This document shows, piece after piece, positions 62,020-64,000 of a stretch of DNA of 64,000 bases. Position 1 is the stretch's first letter, and each line of letters starts with the position of its first letter. The DNA comes from Eledone cirrhosa (taxonomy: Eukaryota): assembly GCA_964016885.1 (NCBI GenBank), contig OZ024740.1, positions 150,660,001-150,724,000 on the forward strand, read 5' to 3'. The notes below the pieces were generated by a model that had not been told where the DNA came from, made no database searches, and was given only the letters and a program-made list of their open reading frames with translations. A program made the translations under genes and the position numbers.

Positions 62020-62340
62020 GTTGCCATTTCTTTCAGTTGCAAGTGTGGAAAACTATACCTCGGCCGTTGAGCCCCAACATCATTTGAAAACTCACCAAAA
62101 ACAAAGCATATGCAGAAAGGAATGTAAATCCTTGGTGGGCTAAAGAGACATGTTTGTGCCACCCATGCGTGAAAGGGGGAACAGGTGGTGGAAATTCTTG
62201 AAATCAAGATGCAACCATCATATGTATAGTCCGACGAGCCATTGATTACAGAGTCGGGCTAGATCGATACAGATCGAACCTTGAGATGATCAATAGCGAA
62301 ACGCGTCACCAACTAATTTAGTATATTTAAGGAGTAATCA
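62020..62340 (+). mobile_element. Penelope-like element 3' fragment: GIY-YIG remnant and degenerate hammerhead
   Basis: FSCKCGKLYLG and EILEIK, then CCGACGA-GC...GC-GAAA-CGCG-UC at 62227-62311. Confidence 0.6.
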
Positions 62341-62612
62341 TTCGTCCTTGTGTTATTATAGTACACTCTGTCAAGCTCTACACCTTGATACCGACCTTAA
62401 CCTAAACATCGAGTGCACACCCGGGTGAACCTACAGTAACTCCGCATTACACTCCCTGAATATATATATATATTAGTTTTGGTGCTCTGAAATAGCGATA
62501 TATGCATGAATGTATGTATAGTATATTTGGCAATATACCGTATGTTTAATTAAAAACATTTAGAAGGCTATTCGCTATGAGTTTTAAAGTAGTGACTATG
62601 TCACTTATTCTG

Positions 62613-62670
<58 letters not shown>

Positions 62671-64000
62671 TTGTATTGACTGAATTCTCTATCCTATACT
62701 TCAGGGCCTTTGTGATTCACATTGTATTCTCAGACTCGAACATATACTAGGTATCACCTGATACCATTCCATCTCTTCCATCCTCTATATCTATATGTAT
62801 AACCTTGTATTTTGTAACTGCACCTTGATCTATATTGTATTTCCCCTGTGTTTTGATTTCTCCGATATGTTCTTATATACTTCCGTTTTACTCCATCACC
62901 ACCCTAGTTATGACGGCGTTCTATTTATGTATTTTTATTTATGCATTTTTATTTTTGTATTCTGCTTTTTATTTATGTATTTTGCTTATTGTTCCTTTTA
63001 TTTAAGTATCTATTTACTCGCTTTACTCTCATTATATACTTATTGTGCTCATTAGCACACGACACTAGAATATTACTCTCTGTACCCTTATCTTTATTCA
63101 CTCCCGCTACCCACCTAAGAACCACACTACCTATAACCCGGACTAACTGGGGAATAAATATAGTCTTTTGGCGCATTTCATCGGGTTTTACCACTTTCAA
63201 CCTCACATCACGGGTGTGAATATATAATAATCGTTTGGTAACACACGATGATCCGACAGATGTGACGGCTTTCTCAGCTGCGCGACGGGCGCCCGGGTGA
63301 GTAAGCCTTCCTTGAGTGCTTGGAAAAAACAAATTTCCCCTTCTTTCGGTAAACGAAATTACTCGGAACGGCTGCTTCGCCTCGGATCCCGCCGCGCCGC
63401 CGGTTTTGACCGCCAAATAGTACCTTTAAATTTCTAGGCTTAATCATAACTATTAGCTGTATCATGCCTCCCCCTCCTGTGTGAATTAATAGTATTCGTT
63501 TGGTATAGTCGATGGCCTGACGGCGATGGCGGACTTCCCACTGACACACCCGACGCCTAAAACAGTTACATTCCTGGAGTGCTCTGAAAAATTAATTTCC
63601 ATTTCTTTCGCTAGACGAGATCACTCGGAACGGCTGACACGTGGTTAGGAAGGGCTGGCCGGGATCTGCAGTCGTCGCTGATTATTAACTGCTAAACAAG
63701 GGCTTAATCTTTACTCTATATCCTACCCTGAAAAATTATCGAGAATATCTATAATAAGCTTAAACTTTTTCATAAAAGACTCTTTCTGTAAATTCTTTAA
63801 CTAAATCTCACAATCCAAACCTTAAACCTTATTTCTCTTATTTTTCTAATTTCATCCTAAAACTCTAAATATAAGTTTAACGTTCCTAATTGCTAACCGA
63901 AATGTCTGTCCTCATATTATACCACACAGACGCCCACTATATATGCCTTTGTTAAAGATATATGTGCTTTGGAAAAAACATTTTTCGCGGCAATTTCTAG

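Overview
AT-rich, microsatellite-dense eukaryotic DNA made almost entirely of transposable elements. I found no convincing host exon, and most ORF-track entries are microsatellite artefacts. The SINE set and repeat landscape suggest an octopus (coleoid) genome, which is inference only. Main contents: (1) R4/Dong-type restriction-like-endonuclease LINEs that sit in (CATA)n tracts. One copy looks circularly permuted and is fused to a second Dong family (17116-22175). (2) Two near-full-length Tx1-like L1 elements head-to-tail inside a (TATC)n/(GATA)n tract (35047-46021). (3) A 5'-inverted RTE with three C-terminal C2H2 zinc fingers, plus a ~606 bp non-autonomous RTE derivative in four copies, each preceded by (TATG)n. 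(4) Many Penelope-like fragments in or near (TA)n, with fold-back palindromes and about eight minimal type-I hammerhead ribozyme motifs, several intact. (5) tRNA-derived SINEs, Expander/RTE fragments and a mariner relic. The overall pattern is that each retroelement class occupies its own microsatellite type. Coordinates were read by eye and may be off by a few bases.
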